A stretch of DNA of 48,613 nt. Origin: Rhodospirillaceae bacterium. Lineage in GTDB: Bacteria; Pseudomonadota; Gammaproteobacteria; Steroidobacterales; Rariloculaceae. A program made the position numbers and the translations under genes. Shown here in pieces: positions 1 through 11,847 of the stretch (the first letter of the stretch is position 1; each line of letters opens with the position of its first letter). The stretch is taken from assembly GCA_024640695.1 (NCBI GenBank), contig JAHEEM010000002.1, forward strand, positions 1 through 48,613. Direction: 5' to 3'. The notes beneath the pieces were generated by a model. It did no database searches and was not told where the DNA came from. It saw only the letters and a program-made list of their open reading frames with translations.

Positions 1-237
1 CTGTTCGTAGGCGATCGCGATCGTGCTGTGCGCGGCGGCCAGGCGCGGATTGTACTCCAGAGCCTCCTGCAGATTTGCAAGGGCAATCTCCGGCCGGCCC
101 TGGCGTAGATAGGCAGCCCCGAGGTTCAAATTTGCGATCGCCGCATCCTCGGCAGGCAACCCGCCGTACACAGACGAGGAGGTCGATACGCAGCCCGGAC
201 CGAGGCTCAGCGCCGCTATCGCAATCAAAATTCGCAT
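1..237 (-). CDS. pilW: Type IV pilus biogenesis/stability lipoprotein PilW/PilF (N-terminal part, runs off the window)
   Basis: Not in the ORF track. Manual translation from ATG 237 gives MRILIAIAALSLGPGCVSTSS...AAIANLNLGAAYLRQGRPEIALANLQEALEYNP: lipoprotein-like signal, TPR-like helices, canonical position after rlmN. Confidence 0.85.
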   Translation of the reverse strand, partial: MRILIAIAALSLGPGCVSTSSSVYGGLPAEDAAIANLNLGAAYLRQGRPEIALANLQEALEYNPRLAAAHSTIAIAYEQ

Positions 238-245
238 CGGCTGGC

Positions 246-1364
246 TCACTGATTCGCAACCCTGGCTAGTTTAGCCCCTAAACGCGACCGCGTACGGTCA
301 TCGACTTGCCCGGCCAGCTGCCCGCAAGCCGCCGCGATGTCGCTGCCACGGGTCCGGCGTATTGTAGCGACAACCCCGGCGCTCCACAGCTCACTGACAA
401 ATGCCTCGATGACCTCGTCCCGGGAGCACTCGTAGCGCGTGCCTGGGAACGGGTTGAACGGAATCAGATTGACCTTGGCCGGCCGGCCACGCAGCAACCG
501 GGCCAGCGTGCGCGCGTCTTTGATGCTGTCGTTGACGTCGCGCAGCATCGCGTATTCGAAGGTAATCTGCCGCGATGCGAGACACTCAGCGTAGTCCCAG
601 CATGCATCCAGGAGCTCGGCTATCGGATGACGCCGGTTGATTGGCACGAGCTGATCGCGCAGCGAATCATTGGGCGCATGCAAGGACACGGCAAGCGCCA
701 CGTTGCAGTCCTTCGAGAGCTTGAGAATCTGCGGAACTAAACCAGCGGTGCTGATCGTGACCCGGCGCCGCGACAGCCCGAAGGCTCGGTCGTCGAGGAG
801 CAGCTGCACAACAGGAATAACGTTACGATAGTTGGCCAGCGGCTCGCCCATACCCATGAAAACGACATTCGTCAAAGCTACATCTGGCCCGAGCGCACGC
901 CTGGCAATCAGCACTTGCCCGAGAATCTCGGTGGCGCTCAGATTTCGATTGAAACCTTGCTGTCCCGTCGCGCAGAACGAGCAGTCCATCGCACAGCCGG
1001 CTTGTGAGGAGATGCACAAAGTCGTGCGCTTGGGTTCCGGAATGAACACCGTCTCTACCGCTTGTCCGCCGCCGACATCTATGAGCCACTTGCGAGTTCC
1101 ATCCGCTGATTCTTGCGCGCGGACAACCCCTGGCAAACGCAGCGTCGCAAGCAGTTCGAGCTGCTTACGCAAGCGCAGACTGATATCGGTCATCTGCTGG
1201 AAGTCGAGCGTGTGGCGCTGATAAAGCCAGGCAAGCAGCTGCCGCGCGCGAAACGGCCGCTCTTCCAGGCTACAGAAGAACTCCTCGAGCTCCGCAGCCG
1301 GAAGCCCGATTAAGTTCAGCTTGCCTGAGTCCGCAATGTCCACGCTCAACGCGTTCTGGGGCAA
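246..1364 (-). CDS. rlmN: Dual-specificity 23S rRNA/tRNA m2A methyltransferase RlmN
   Basis: Radical [22 protein letters not shown] and C-terminal AACGQL motifs; exact start uncertain. Confidence 0.97.
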   Translation of the reverse strand: MPQNALSVDIADSGKLNLIGLPAAELEEFFCSLEERPFRARQLLAWLYQRHTLDFQQMTDISLRLRKQLELLATLRLPGVVRAQESADGTRKWLIDVGGGQAVETVFIPEPKRTTLCISSQAGCAMDCSFCATGQQGFNRNLSATEILGQVLIARRALGPDVALTNVVFMGMGEPLANYRNVIPVVQLLLDDRAFGLSRRRVTISTAGLVPQILKLSKDCNVALAVSLHAPNDSLRDQLVPINRRHPIAELLDACWDYAECLASRQITFEYAMLRDVNDSIKDARTLARLLRGRPAKVNLIPFNPFPGTRYECSRDEVIEAFVSELWSAGVVATIRRTRGSDIAAACGQLAGQVDDRTRSRLGAKLARVANQ

Positions 1365-1777
1365 ATCTCCGCTCCGGAAAAAAAGAACGCAATTTCCTGT
1401 GCGGCGGTGTCAGGCCCATCGGAGCCATGCACGACGTTCTCCTCGATCGAGTCGGCGAAGTCGGCGCGTATCGTTCCTGCCGCGGCTTTCTTGGGGTCTG
1501 TTGCGCCCATGAGTTCGCGATTCTTGTTGATCGCGCCCTCGCCTTCGAGCACCTGCACGACCACCGGCCCTGACGTCATGTATCTAACGAGGTCGGCATA
1601 GAACGGTCGTTCTTTATGAACTGCATAAAACTGCTCTGCCTGATCCTGCCGGAGCCGCATCATTCTCGCCGCGACAACTTCAAGGCCCGTCGCCTCGAAA
1701 CGCCGATAAACCTCGCCAATGAGATTCTTCTGGACGCCGTCGGGTTTAATGATCGATAGGGTGCGCTCTGTTGCCAT
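1346..1777 (-). CDS. ndk: Nucleoside diphosphate kinase
   Basis: [18 protein letters not shown] and NVVHGSD motifs. Confidence 0.98.
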   Translation of the reverse strand: MATERTLSIIKPDGVQKNLIGEVYRRFEATGLEVVAARMMRLRQDQAEQFYAVHKERPFYADLVRYMTSGPVVVQVLEGEGAINKNRELMGATDPKKAAAGTIRADFADSIEENVVHGSDGPDTAAQEIAFFFSGAEICPRTR

Positions 1778-1814
1778 TTTTTGTCCTTAAGCTAATCAAA
1801 CACTAATCCGAGAC

Positions 1815-2138
1815 TCACACGCTGAAGCTCTCGCCACAGCCGCATTCGCCTTTGACATTCGGGTTGCGAAACTTGAACGCCTCGTTGAGGCCCTGTTTCA
1901 CGAAATCGACCTCGGTACCGTCGATGAGTTTCAAGCTGTCTTGATCGACGATAACTCTGACTCCTTGGGCCTCGAACACGGCATCGTCGACGGTTACCGA
2001 ATCCGCGTAATCGATGACATACGCGTAGCCGGAACAGCCCGTTTTCTTGATGCCTACACGCAGCCCGAGCCCGCGCCCGCGCTGCTTTAGAAAGTCGCGC
2101 ACGCGATGAGCTGCGCTCTCTGTCAGTGACACTGCCAT
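1815..2138 (-). CDS. iscA: A-type Fe-S carrier IscA
   Basis: TGCSG and GECGCGESF motifs, 107 aa. Confidence 0.95.
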   Translation of the reverse strand: MAVSLTESAAHRVRDFLKQRGRGLGLRVGIKKTGCSGYAYVIDYADSVTVDDAVFEAQGVRVIVDQDSLKLIDGTEVDFVKQGLNEAFKFRNPNVKGECGCGESFSV

Positions 2139-2182
2139 CTAGTCGTCCCAACCTGCTTTCAAACCAGGCCTCATAACCATTA

Positions 2183-2557
2183 TCAACCAGCTGAGTCCGC
2201 GGCCCGAAGACAATCAGCGAGCGCGTCCTCGAGCACGAGCAGCTTACCGAGCTTCTCGGTAGGCACGCCGAGAGCCGCGCGTACCGCTTGCGCAAACGGA
2301 TCGCCGAGAGCCTCTGCCGACTGTCCTTCGAGATGCTCGGCGATCCAGTCCGCGGCCGCTACGAAATGCGGACACCCGTAAGCTTCGAATCTCGCAGAGC
2401 GAATCGTGCGACCCGTCAATTCGACCTCGAAACGGGCCCAAACGTTCAGGGTTCTGTCCTCGGCCTCAGCGCTCACTAGCTCGCCGCTCGCCGCACGCAG
2501 CGACCCGCAGCGCGACGGCAAGCACAGGCGCCGCAGAACCTCGGGGCTGTATTCCAT
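2183..2557 (-). CDS. IscU/NifU-N-like protein, degenerate (only one canonical Cys)
   Basis: YSPEV start, ARFEAYGC, LGVPTEK and LEDAL align by eye to IscU; lies between iscS and iscA; CGD and HC motifs absent. Confidence 0.85.
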   Translation of the reverse strand: MEYSPEVLRRLCLPSRCGSLRAASGELVSAEAEDRTLNVWARFEVELTGRTIRSARFEAYGCPHFVAAADWIAEHLEGQSAEALGDPFAQAVRAALGVPTEKLGKLLVLEDALADCLRAADSAG

Positions 2558-2598
2558 TGCGAACTCAGTAGTTTAGCGTAAACGGGGACGGCACAGTA

Positions 2599-3771
2599 TC
2601 AGCTCGTGCACCACTGGGGCGCGCTCGGCGCCAGGGACCGCAGCTGGGCCACCGCAGCCGCAACGCGGCCGGTGACATAATCGACCTCCTCGGCGGTCGT
2701 GTATCGCCCCACACTGAACCGCACCGAGCTGTCGGCGAGCGCATCGCTAAGCCCCATGGCACTGAGGACATGCGAGGACTCGAGGCTAGCCGCATTGCAT
2801 GCCGAACCAGCCGACACGGCAATCTCATCGATCGCAAGCCGCAGGCTCTCACCGCTGACCCCCGGGAAGGTGACGTTGAGCACATGCGGCGCGCTGCGGA
2901 CTGCGCAGCCGTTCCGACGCGCACCGCCAATCGTCGCCAGGCGGCTCCAAAGGCGTTCCTTGAGCGCACGGAGCTGGGGCCCTTCGGCGTCGGGATCGGC
3001 AAGCGCATACGCCGTACCCATGCCGACGATCTGATGGACGGCTAGCGTGCCGGGCCGCAGACCGCGCTCCTGGTCCCCGCCGAAGAGGATCGGCTCGAGC
3101 GACACCCCAGGCCGTATGTATAAGGCTCCGACGCCTTTCGGCCCATACACCTTATGCGCAGTGAGAGAGATCAGGTCGACCGGCCAGTCGGACGCAGGCA
3201 CGACGACTTTCCCAACGCTCTGCGCAGCGTCGACGTGAAACAGCACGCCGCGCGCCCGGCATCTTTCGCCGAGCGCAGGGATATCCTGAACAACGCCGGT
3301 TTCGTTGTTGACGTGCATGATGGACACGAGGGTCGTCGCCTCCGTCAGCGCCGCGTCGAGTGCCGCGGGGTCGATGAGCCCGTCGGCGTCGCAGCCGAGA
3401 TAACTGACCTCGAACCCGCGCCGCTGCAACGCCGCCGCCGTATCGAGCACGGCCTTATGTTCCGTTCGCGACGTGATCAGATGCCGGCCGTGATCGCGAT
3501 TTGCCCGCATGGCGCCTTGCAGCGCCAGGTTGTCGGCTTCGGTTGCCCCTGACGTGAATACGACCGACTCCGCAGCTGCGCCGATGCGCTGTGCGACCTT
3601 GACCCGCGCAGCCTCGACGAGACACGCTGCCGCCCGGCCGAACCGGTGCACTGACGATGGATTCGCAAAATCACTGTCGTGCTGTAGGCATGCCGACATC
3701 GCGTGCGCCACTGCAGCATCGACGGGCGTCGTTGCCGCATAGTCGAGATAGATTTCACGCGAGGCCATCAA
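2599..3771 (-). CDS. iscS: Cysteine desulfurase (class I, IscS-like)
   Basis: IYLDYAATTP, NNETG, DAAQ, AHKVYGPKG (PLP Lys) and AGSAC (catalytic Cys). Confidence 0.95.
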   Translation of the reverse strand: MMASREIYLDYAATTPVDAAVAHAMSACLQHDSDFANPSSVHRFGRAAACLVEAARVKVAQRIGAAAESVVFTSGATEADNLALQGAMRANRDHGRHLITSRTEHKAVLDTAAALQRRGFEVSYLGCDADGLIDPAALDAALTEATTLVSIMHVNNETGVVQDIPALGERCRARGVLFHVDAAQSVGKVVVPASDWPVDLISLTAHKVYGPKGVGALYIRPGVSLEPILFGGDQERGLRPGTLAVHQIVGMGTAYALADPDAEGPQLRALKERLWSRLATIGGARRNGCAVRSAPHVLNVTFPGVSGESLRLAIDEIAVSAGSACNAASLESSHVLSAMGLSDALADSSVRFSVGRYTTAEEVDYVTGRVAAAVAQLRSLAPSAPQWCTS

Positions 3772-4526
3772 CGCCGCCCGCCGGCAGGCTTGTCCGGATC
3801 GACCGCCGCAAGGATACCTCGCAAAATGTTGATCTCAGTCTGATCCAGGCGCGCCCGATTGAATAGCCTTCGAAGCCTGAGCTTGAGCTGCCGCGGCTGG
3901 TCCGGATTCAGGAAGCCGGACCGGAACATGACCTGCTCGAGGTGCACATGGAAGGCCTCGAGCTCATCGGCCGTGGCCAGGGGCGCCTCACGATCCTCGT
4001 CAACAGCTGCCGTCCCGGCGGCCAGGGAGCCTGGGTGCGCCATACGCAGCTCATAGCAGATAACTTGCACGGCCATGGCCAGATTCAGCGACGAGTACGC
4101 TGGATTCGCCGGAATATGCACAAGCTCATGGCAACGCGCCAGATCGTCGTTGGTAAGCCCGGAGTGCTCCGGTCCGAAAACTACAGCGACGGGTCCTGCC
4201 GGCAAGTGCTCCCAAAGCCGCTGCGCACAAGTGCGCGGCTCGGTCGTCGGCCACTGAAGGCTCCTGAGCCTTGCGCTCGCGCCGACGACGTACGCGCAAT
4301 CGCTGATCGCTTCCGCGAGCGTGGTGACCGTTCGAGCGGCCGCAAGCAGATCGTCGGCACCGGCTGCGCGCGCCGTTGCAGCCGCGCTGGGAAACTCTTT
4401 TGGCGCCACGAGGACGAGCTCGCTGACGCCCATGGTTTTCATTGCGCGCGCGCTCGCGCCGATATTCCCGGGGTGGGAGGTCTCGGTTAGAACGATACGG
4501 ATCGGTATCTCGAGGGGCTCTTGCAT
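3768..4526 (-). CDS. trmJ: tRNA (C32/U32)-2'-O-methyltransferase TrmJ
   Basis: TSHPGNIGASARAMKTMG, FGPEHSGL, YSSLNLA and EINILRGIL; start set at ATG 4526. Confidence 0.93.
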   Translation of the reverse strand: MQEPLEIPIRIVLTETSHPGNIGASARAMKTMGVSELVLVAPKEFPSAAATARAAGADDLLAAARTVTTLAEAISDCAYVVGASARLRSLQWPTTEPRTCAQRLWEHLPAGPVAVVFGPEHSGLTNDDLARCHELVHIPANPAYSSLNLAMAVQVICYELRMAHPGSLAAGTAAVDEDREAPLATADELEAFHVHLEQVMFRSGFLNPDQPRQLKLRLRRLFNRARLDQTEINILRGILAAVDPDKPAGGRR

Positions 4527-4633
4527 CAGCGTGTGCGCAGTAGCGACATTTGTCGGTGCCAAGCGTGTATTCTACCCGTCCCCGGCAGGACGGCCTGCCA
4601 AGCATGCAGCAAGAAAGCGGATAGCGAAACCAC

Positions 4634-5428
4634 ATGCACCCAATGATCAATATCGCGGTGCGGGCCGCCAGGCGGGCGGGCGACGTGATGATTCGGCAGA
4701 TGAATCAGCTGGAGTCGCTCGAGGTGACGGAGAAGGGTCGCAACGAGTTCGTCACCGAGGTCGATCACCGCGCAGAACAAGCAATCGTAGAAATCATCCA
4801 TGAGTATTACCCCGATCACGCGATCTTGGCCGAGGAACGCGGCCAGCAAGGTCAGCATGAGTACGAGTGGATTATCGACCCTCTCGATGGGACGACCAAC
4901 TACATCCACGGATTTCCGGTGTTTTCCGTATCCATCGCGGTCAGGCTAAAAGATCAGATCGAGCACGGCGTCGTGTATGACCCGCTTCGTCAGGAAATAT
5001 TCACAGCCAGCCGCGGACAGGGTGCACAACTCGATGGCCGGCGTATCCGCGTGAGCCGCCGCCTCCGCTTGCAGGAATCGCTGGTTGCCACGGGCTTCCC
5101 GTATCGGCTCGGCAAGGACAACGTCGACGGGTATCTGCAGATGCTCAAGGCCGTGATGAACGAAAGCGCAGGCATCCGGCGCCCCGGCTCTGCGGCGCTC
5201 GACCTCAGTTATGTCGCTGCGGGACGCGTCGATGGCTTCTGGGAGCTCGGCCTGAATATCTGGGATATCGCTGCCGGGGCCCTGCTGATTCGCGAGGCCG
5301 GCGGACGTATCAGTGACTTCGAGGGCGGCGACGGCTTTCTCGACAGCGGCAATGTCGTCGCGGGCAGCCCGAAGATTTACGCCGCCTTATCGAAGCTGCT
5401 CGCACCGATCGCCCGATCCATGGGCTGA
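4634..5428 (+). CDS. suhB: Inositol monophosphatase / Nus factor SuhB
   Basis: MHPMINIAVRAAR, WIIDPLDGTTN and WDIAAG. Confidence 0.96.
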   Translation: MHPMINIAVRAARRAGDVMIRQMNQLESLEVTEKGRNEFVTEVDHRAEQAIVEIIHEYYPDHAILAEERGQQGQHEYEWIIDPLDGTTNYIHGFPVFSVSIAVRLKDQIEHGVVYDPLRQEIFTASRGQGAQLDGRRIRVSRRLRLQESLVATGFPYRLGKDNVDGYLQMLKAVMNESAGIRRPGSAALDLSYVAAGRVDGFWELGLNIWDIAAGALLIREAGGRISDFEGGDGFLDSGNVVAGSPKIYAALSKLLAPIARSMG

Positions 5429-5457
5429 AACGAAACGCCCGCGCCGCGGCGCGCGAC

Positions 5458-6387
5458 TCATGGCAGCGAGTCGACTTCCTCGCGCTTCGGCGGTATCAGA
5501 TCGGCTGGTGAGACATCGAGCGCAAGCGCAAGCGCGCTTGCGATATAGGTCGACGAATAGGTTCCCACGAGAATACCGACGATCAGCGCGAGAGCGAAAC
5601 CCGAGACGCTCTCGCCGCCAAGCACGAACAACGAAACCAACACGAGCACTGTCGTCACCGCCGTGATCAACGTTCGAGCGAGCATCTGGTTGATTGATGA
5701 GTTGATAATCTCCACCGGCGTGCCACGACGCATGAGCCGGAAGTTTTCACGAATGCGATCGAAAACGACGATTGTATCGTTCAAGGAGTAGCCGATCGTC
5801 GCGAGAATGGCCGCGAGGATCGTCAAATCAAAACCGAAACCGAAGATAGAGAAAAACCCCATCAGAATGATCACATCGTGCACGAGGGCAGCGATAGCGC
5901 CAGCTGCAAACTTCCAGCGGAACCGCAACATCACGTAGATGAAAATCAGAATTAGCGCGATCAGCATCGCGAGGCTACCCTGCTCCGTAAGGTCTTGACC
6001 CACCTGTGGCCCAACGAACTCGATGCGGCGCAGCTCCACAGTGGGGTCGCGTGCCTCCAGCGCGCTCAATACGCGGTCGCGAATCTGGCCGCCATCCTGG
6101 CCTTCCTGGGGGGCGAGTCTAATCAGCGCCTCGCTGACCGTACCGAAATTCTGCACCAGCGGCGCGGCGAAGCCCGCTTCCGTCAGCGCGTTGCGGATAT
6201 CGGCGAGATCCGCCGCCTCCGCGTAGGCCACCTCGAGCAGCACGCCACCCGTAAAGTCGATGCCAAGGTTGAGCCCTCGCGTGAAGATCGACACGAGTGA
6301 AACAACAATCAGCACAGCCGACAGGATCTCGGCCAGCCGCCGCTTCCCCATGAAATCGAAGTTGGGCGCCTGATTGAATACGCTCAT
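5458..6387 (-). CDS. secF: Protein translocase subunit SecF
   Basis: GIDFTGG, VGPQVG and GYSLNDTIVVFDRIREN. Confidence 0.97.
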   Translation of the reverse strand: MSVFNQAPNFDFMGKRRLAEILSAVLIVVSLVSIFTRGLNLGIDFTGGVLLEVAYAEAADLADIRNALTEAGFAAPLVQNFGTVSEALIRLAPQEGQDGGQIRDRVLSALEARDPTVELRRIEFVGPQVGQDLTEQGSLAMLIALILIFIYVMLRFRWKFAAGAIAALVHDVIILMGFFSIFGFGFDLTILAAILATIGYSLNDTIVVFDRIRENFRLMRRGTPVEIINSSINQMLARTLITAVTTVLVLVSLFVLGGESVSGFALALIVGILVGTYSSTYIASALALALDVSPADLIPPKREEVDSLP

Positions 6388-8246
6388 GCTGGTGCGGCCT
6401 GCCCACCGATCGACAACTTGCGCACCTGCCGGTAGCCATAGATGAAGTTGACGATGGCGCGCGTCCCGATAATCGCCGTGAACATGGAAGTGATGATTCC
6501 GAGGGTCAGCGTGACCGCAAAGCCTTTAATCGGGCCGGTGCCAAAGGCAAACAGCACCATCGCGGCAATCAAGGTCGTAATGTTGGCGTCGGCGATCGTA
6601 GAGAAAGCCTTGTCGTAGCCCGCTCGAATGCTGGCCTGCGGCGAGTTCCCGTTACGCAGCTCTTCACGAATGCGCTCGAAAATCAGCACATTCGCATCCA
6701 CGGCCATACCGACCGTCAGCACGATGCCCGCAATGCCCGGCAGCGTCAGCGAGGCCTGCAGTAGCGATAATAGAGCGATGATAAGCACCAGGTTCGCAAG
6801 CAGCGCCGCATTCGCGATCATTCCGAATACACGGTAGTAAACCGCCATGAAGATCACGACGAGGAGAAATCCGATAATCACGGCCTGGCGGCCTCGCTCG
6901 ATGTTGTCCTGGCCCAAGCTGGGGCCGATCGTGCGCTCCTCGACCTTGACGATCGGCGTCGCCAGCGCGCCGGCGCGCAGCAGCAGCGCCAGGTCCTGGC
7001 CCTCGAACGGCGAGATACCAGTGATCTCGAAGTTGCTGGAGAATACGCCACGAATCGTCGCGACGCTGATTACCGTTTCTTCCCGGTTCGTCCGCAGAAC
7101 CTGCTCACCGTTCCGCTCGACAACCTCCGGCTTCTCTTCTATGTACAGCACCGCCATCGGGCGGTTCAAGTTCGCTTGGGTTGTCTCGAGCATGCGGCTC
7201 GCGCCCTGATTGTTCAGTCGTACGCGGACTGCCGGCTGCCCTTGCATATACTGGAACGTCGCATCGACCAGCTGATCACCCGAGACGATCACGTCCCTGC
7301 GCAGCAGCTGAGGAGTTCCACTCTTGTCGTGACGCAGAATCGAGTTTAGCGGCGCACGCCCGCGCCGTTCGGCGTCGAACGCATCGTTCTCGGTGTCGAC
7401 GAGCCGAAACTCGAGCGTCGCAGTCGCACCGAGGATACGCTCCGCCTGGGACGGGTCTTGCACGCCCGGCAGCTGCACGACGATCCGGTCCAGACCCTGA
7501 CGCTGCACGACGGGCTCGGCAACGCCGAGCTCGTTGACGCGGTTACGCAACGTAATCGTGTTCTGCTGGATCGCAAAGTTCTGCCGTTCGGTGATCTGAA
7601 TCGGCGCCAGCTCGATCCTAAAGCCCGGATCACCCTCGAAGTTGGCAGAACTCACCAAAAGCAACGGGTCGAGCGCGCGAACGATATCCTCCGCCGCATC
7701 GAGCTGCTCGCGATCGACGATCGGCACCTCGATACGGTTGCCGTTCACATTGACGCGGTTACGAATTCCCGCTTCGCGCAGATCTGCGCGCAGATCCGAC
7801 TCGTAGGTCTGCAGATACTGGCGCAGAGCCGTTTCCAGATCGACCTGATAAAGGAAATGCACACCCCCGCGCAGATCCAGTCCGAGGCTCATCGGCCGCA
7901 GCCCGAGCATGCGGAAGATCTGCGGTGTGCGCGGCGCCAGGGTCAAGGCAACGACATGGAATGGCAACTCCTCGCCGATTGCGGCGCTGCCCCTGAGCTG
8001 TGAGTCGACGTCCGGAAACCGAACGAGCGCCGCGCTGCCCTCGGCAGCGGCACCGTTGTACGCTATACCCGCGTTGTCGAGTGTCGCAGTGATCGTCCCG
8101 ATCGTAGCCTCAGACAGCGGGCTGCCGTCCTCGCGAGTAATCTGCAGCGCTGGGTCGTCACCGAAGAGATTAGGCGCAGCGATAATCGCGCCAATCAGGA
8201 TCACCCCGATGACGAGAATGTTCTTCCAAAACGGATAGCGGTTCAT
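6384..8246 (-). CDS. secD: Protein translocase subunit SecD
   Basis: LGLDLRGG, RVNELGVAEP, IGPSLG and GMAVDANVLIFERIREE. Confidence 0.97.
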   Translation of the reverse strand: MNRYPFWKNILVIGVILIGAIIAAPNLFGDDPALQITREDGSPLSEATIGTITATLDNAGIAYNGAAAEGSAALVRFPDVDSQLRGSAAIGEELPFHVVALTLAPRTPQIFRMLGLRPMSLGLDLRGGVHFLYQVDLETALRQYLQTYESDLRADLREAGIRNRVNVNGNRIEVPIVDREQLDAAEDIVRALDPLLLVSSANFEGDPGFRIELAPIQITERQNFAIQQNTITLRNRVNELGVAEPVVQRQGLDRIVVQLPGVQDPSQAERILGATATLEFRLVDTENDAFDAERRGRAPLNSILRHDKSGTPQLLRRDVIVSGDQLVDATFQYMQGQPAVRVRLNNQGASRMLETTQANLNRPMAVLYIEEKPEVVERNGEQVLRTNREETVISVATIRGVFSSNFEITGISPFEGQDLALLLRAGALATPIVKVEERTIGPSLGQDNIERGRQAVIIGFLLVVIFMAVYYRVFGMIANAALLANLVLIIALLSLLQASLTLPGIAGIVLTVGMAVDANVLIFERIREELRNGNSPQASIRAGYDKAFSTIADANITTLIAAMVLFAFGTGPIKGFAVTLTLGIITSMFTAIIGTRAIVNFIYGYRQVRKLSIGGQAAPA

Positions 8247-8262
8247 GCCTAGCTGCCGGGGA

Positions 8263-8589
8263 TTACTTCGCGCTCTTTATAGTGTCTTTAGGCATCAGCG
8301 CGGCAACCGTTTGTCTCTGCACCTTCAGCGACACGCCGTTAGCAACCTCGACGGTCACCCAGAGCTCACCGACATCCGTGACTTTGCCGAGAACGCCACC
8401 ACCGGTGACGACCTCCTGGCCGACCTCTAGGGACTCGACCATCTGACGATGTTCTTTTTGGCGTTTTTGCTGCGGGCGAATCAGCAGAAAATAGAACAGT
8501 ACGAAGATGATGACCAAAGGCAGGAAGCTCATGATCGGGTCGCCTTGCGCGCCCGCCTGCGCCCAGGCTGGTGTGATGAGATAGTCCAT
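8263..8589 (-). CDS. yajC: Preprotein translocase subunit YajC
   Basis: FYFLLIRPQQKR and VVTGGG; directly upstream of secD. Confidence 0.96.
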   Translation of the reverse strand: MDYLITPAWAQAGAQGDPIMSFLPLVIIFVLFYFLLIRPQQKRQKEHRQMVESLEVGQEVVTGGGVLGKVTDVGELWVTVEVANGVSLKVQRQTVAALMPKDTIKSAK

Positions 8590-8719
8590 ATCGATGACTG
8601 CGTGTGCTTCGTGTGAGAAGGATCAGCTGGATATTATGGCATAGGTTAGAGATCGCCACTCAAGATCTCCGTCGGGAATCTCTGTGGAGTACGGCCGCGC
8701 CGGCCGCCTGCCGAGGCGC

Positions 8720-10868
<2,149 letters not shown>

Positions 10869-10890
10869 GGCAGCGGGATTCTAACCCGCC

Positions 10891-10916
10891 AAAAAAAACC
10901 GGCCACGAGGGCCGGT
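10891..10916 (-). terminator. Rho-independent terminator ending the ECF/anti-sigma/PDZ operon
   Basis: Minus strand reads ACCGGCC-ctcgt-GGCCGGT followed by a T-run (8 A on plus at 10891-10898). Confidence 0.85.
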
Positions 10917-10942
10917 AAAAAGCTGCCTTGGGGGAGGCATAG

Positions 10943-11797
10943 TCAATCCGTGCCGCGTTCAGCACGAGGGATCTCAATTTCCAGAGTGCGCCGCCGCTGC
11001 TCGCGCATAATCGTCAACTCCAATTGCTCGCCAGGTTCGAAGCTGCCGAGAATTCTGAGGGCGTGCCTTACTCCCATGGGCGCCCGCCCGCCAATTTCCA
11101 GAATTACGTCACCGTCCTGAAGCTCGAGGCTAGCGTCTCGTGAGGCACGCACGACTAGCACGCCCTGCTCGACGCCGAAATAAGCGCCTAGTCCGGGGCT
11201 TAGCTCAACGAGCTCCATGTCCGCCCAACGCCGCATCGGACGCGCGAAATTCGATGGCGGCATGCCCGGACCGACGCCGCGGCCGCCAGGCGGCATCGCC
11301 AAGCCGAAAGCCTGACCCCGCGACGCCTGTGCTTCGACCTCGAAGTCACGTTCGTCGCCATCGCGCAAGATCCGCAGCACGACGGTATTCCCCGGGTCGA
11401 CGTTATCCATCTGCGCAACCAAGACATCGGCAGGGGACCGGCCTTGACCGCTATCTAATGCGGCACCGTCCATCGCGATGATGATATCGCCGGTCTCGAC
11501 GCCCGCCTCGTCAGCACCACCACCGGGGGTGACGCCAACTACACGCACACCGTTCTCGTCGTCCTCGATACCCACGCCAAGCACGGCACGAGGACTTGCC
11601 GTCATGTGATGCCCACGCACAGGGCCCTGTGCCGGCTGCATGCTGCCGACCGAGAGCTCGGCGATCCTGCGCGCTGCCGCTTCGAGCTGCTGCCGAGCTT
11701 GCGCGAAGTCGGCATCTCTGTCGTAGTCCTGAGCGGACGCAAATCCGGCGCACAGCGACAGCGTCAAGATACCAACGGCAATGAATTTGTTGCTCAC
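10943..11797 (-). CDS. Secreted tandem-PDZ protein without a protease domain
   Basis: Signal peptide (..AGFASA/QD), short coiled coil, PDZ1 LGVGI..GVRVVGVTPGGGADEAGVETGDII, PDZ2 GVLVVRA..LQDGDVILEIGG. Confidence 0.85.
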   Translation of the reverse strand: MSNKFIAVGILTLSLCAGFASAQDYDRDADFAQARQQLEAAARRIAELSVGSMQPAQGPVRGHHMTASPRAVLGVGIEDDENGVRVVGVTPGGGADEAGVETGDIIIAMDGAALDSGQGRSPADVLVAQMDNVDPGNTVVLRILRDGDERDFEVEAQASRGQAFGLAMPPGGRGVGPGMPPSNFARPMRRWADMELVELSPGLGAYFGVEQGVLVVRASRDASLELQDGDVILEIGGRAPMGVRHALRILGSFEPGEQLELTIMREQRRRTLEIEIPRAERGTD

Positions 11798-11847
11798 GTG
11801 CTGATCTCCATACGAACCTTAATCACTCGTTCATGCATAAGATGCGG

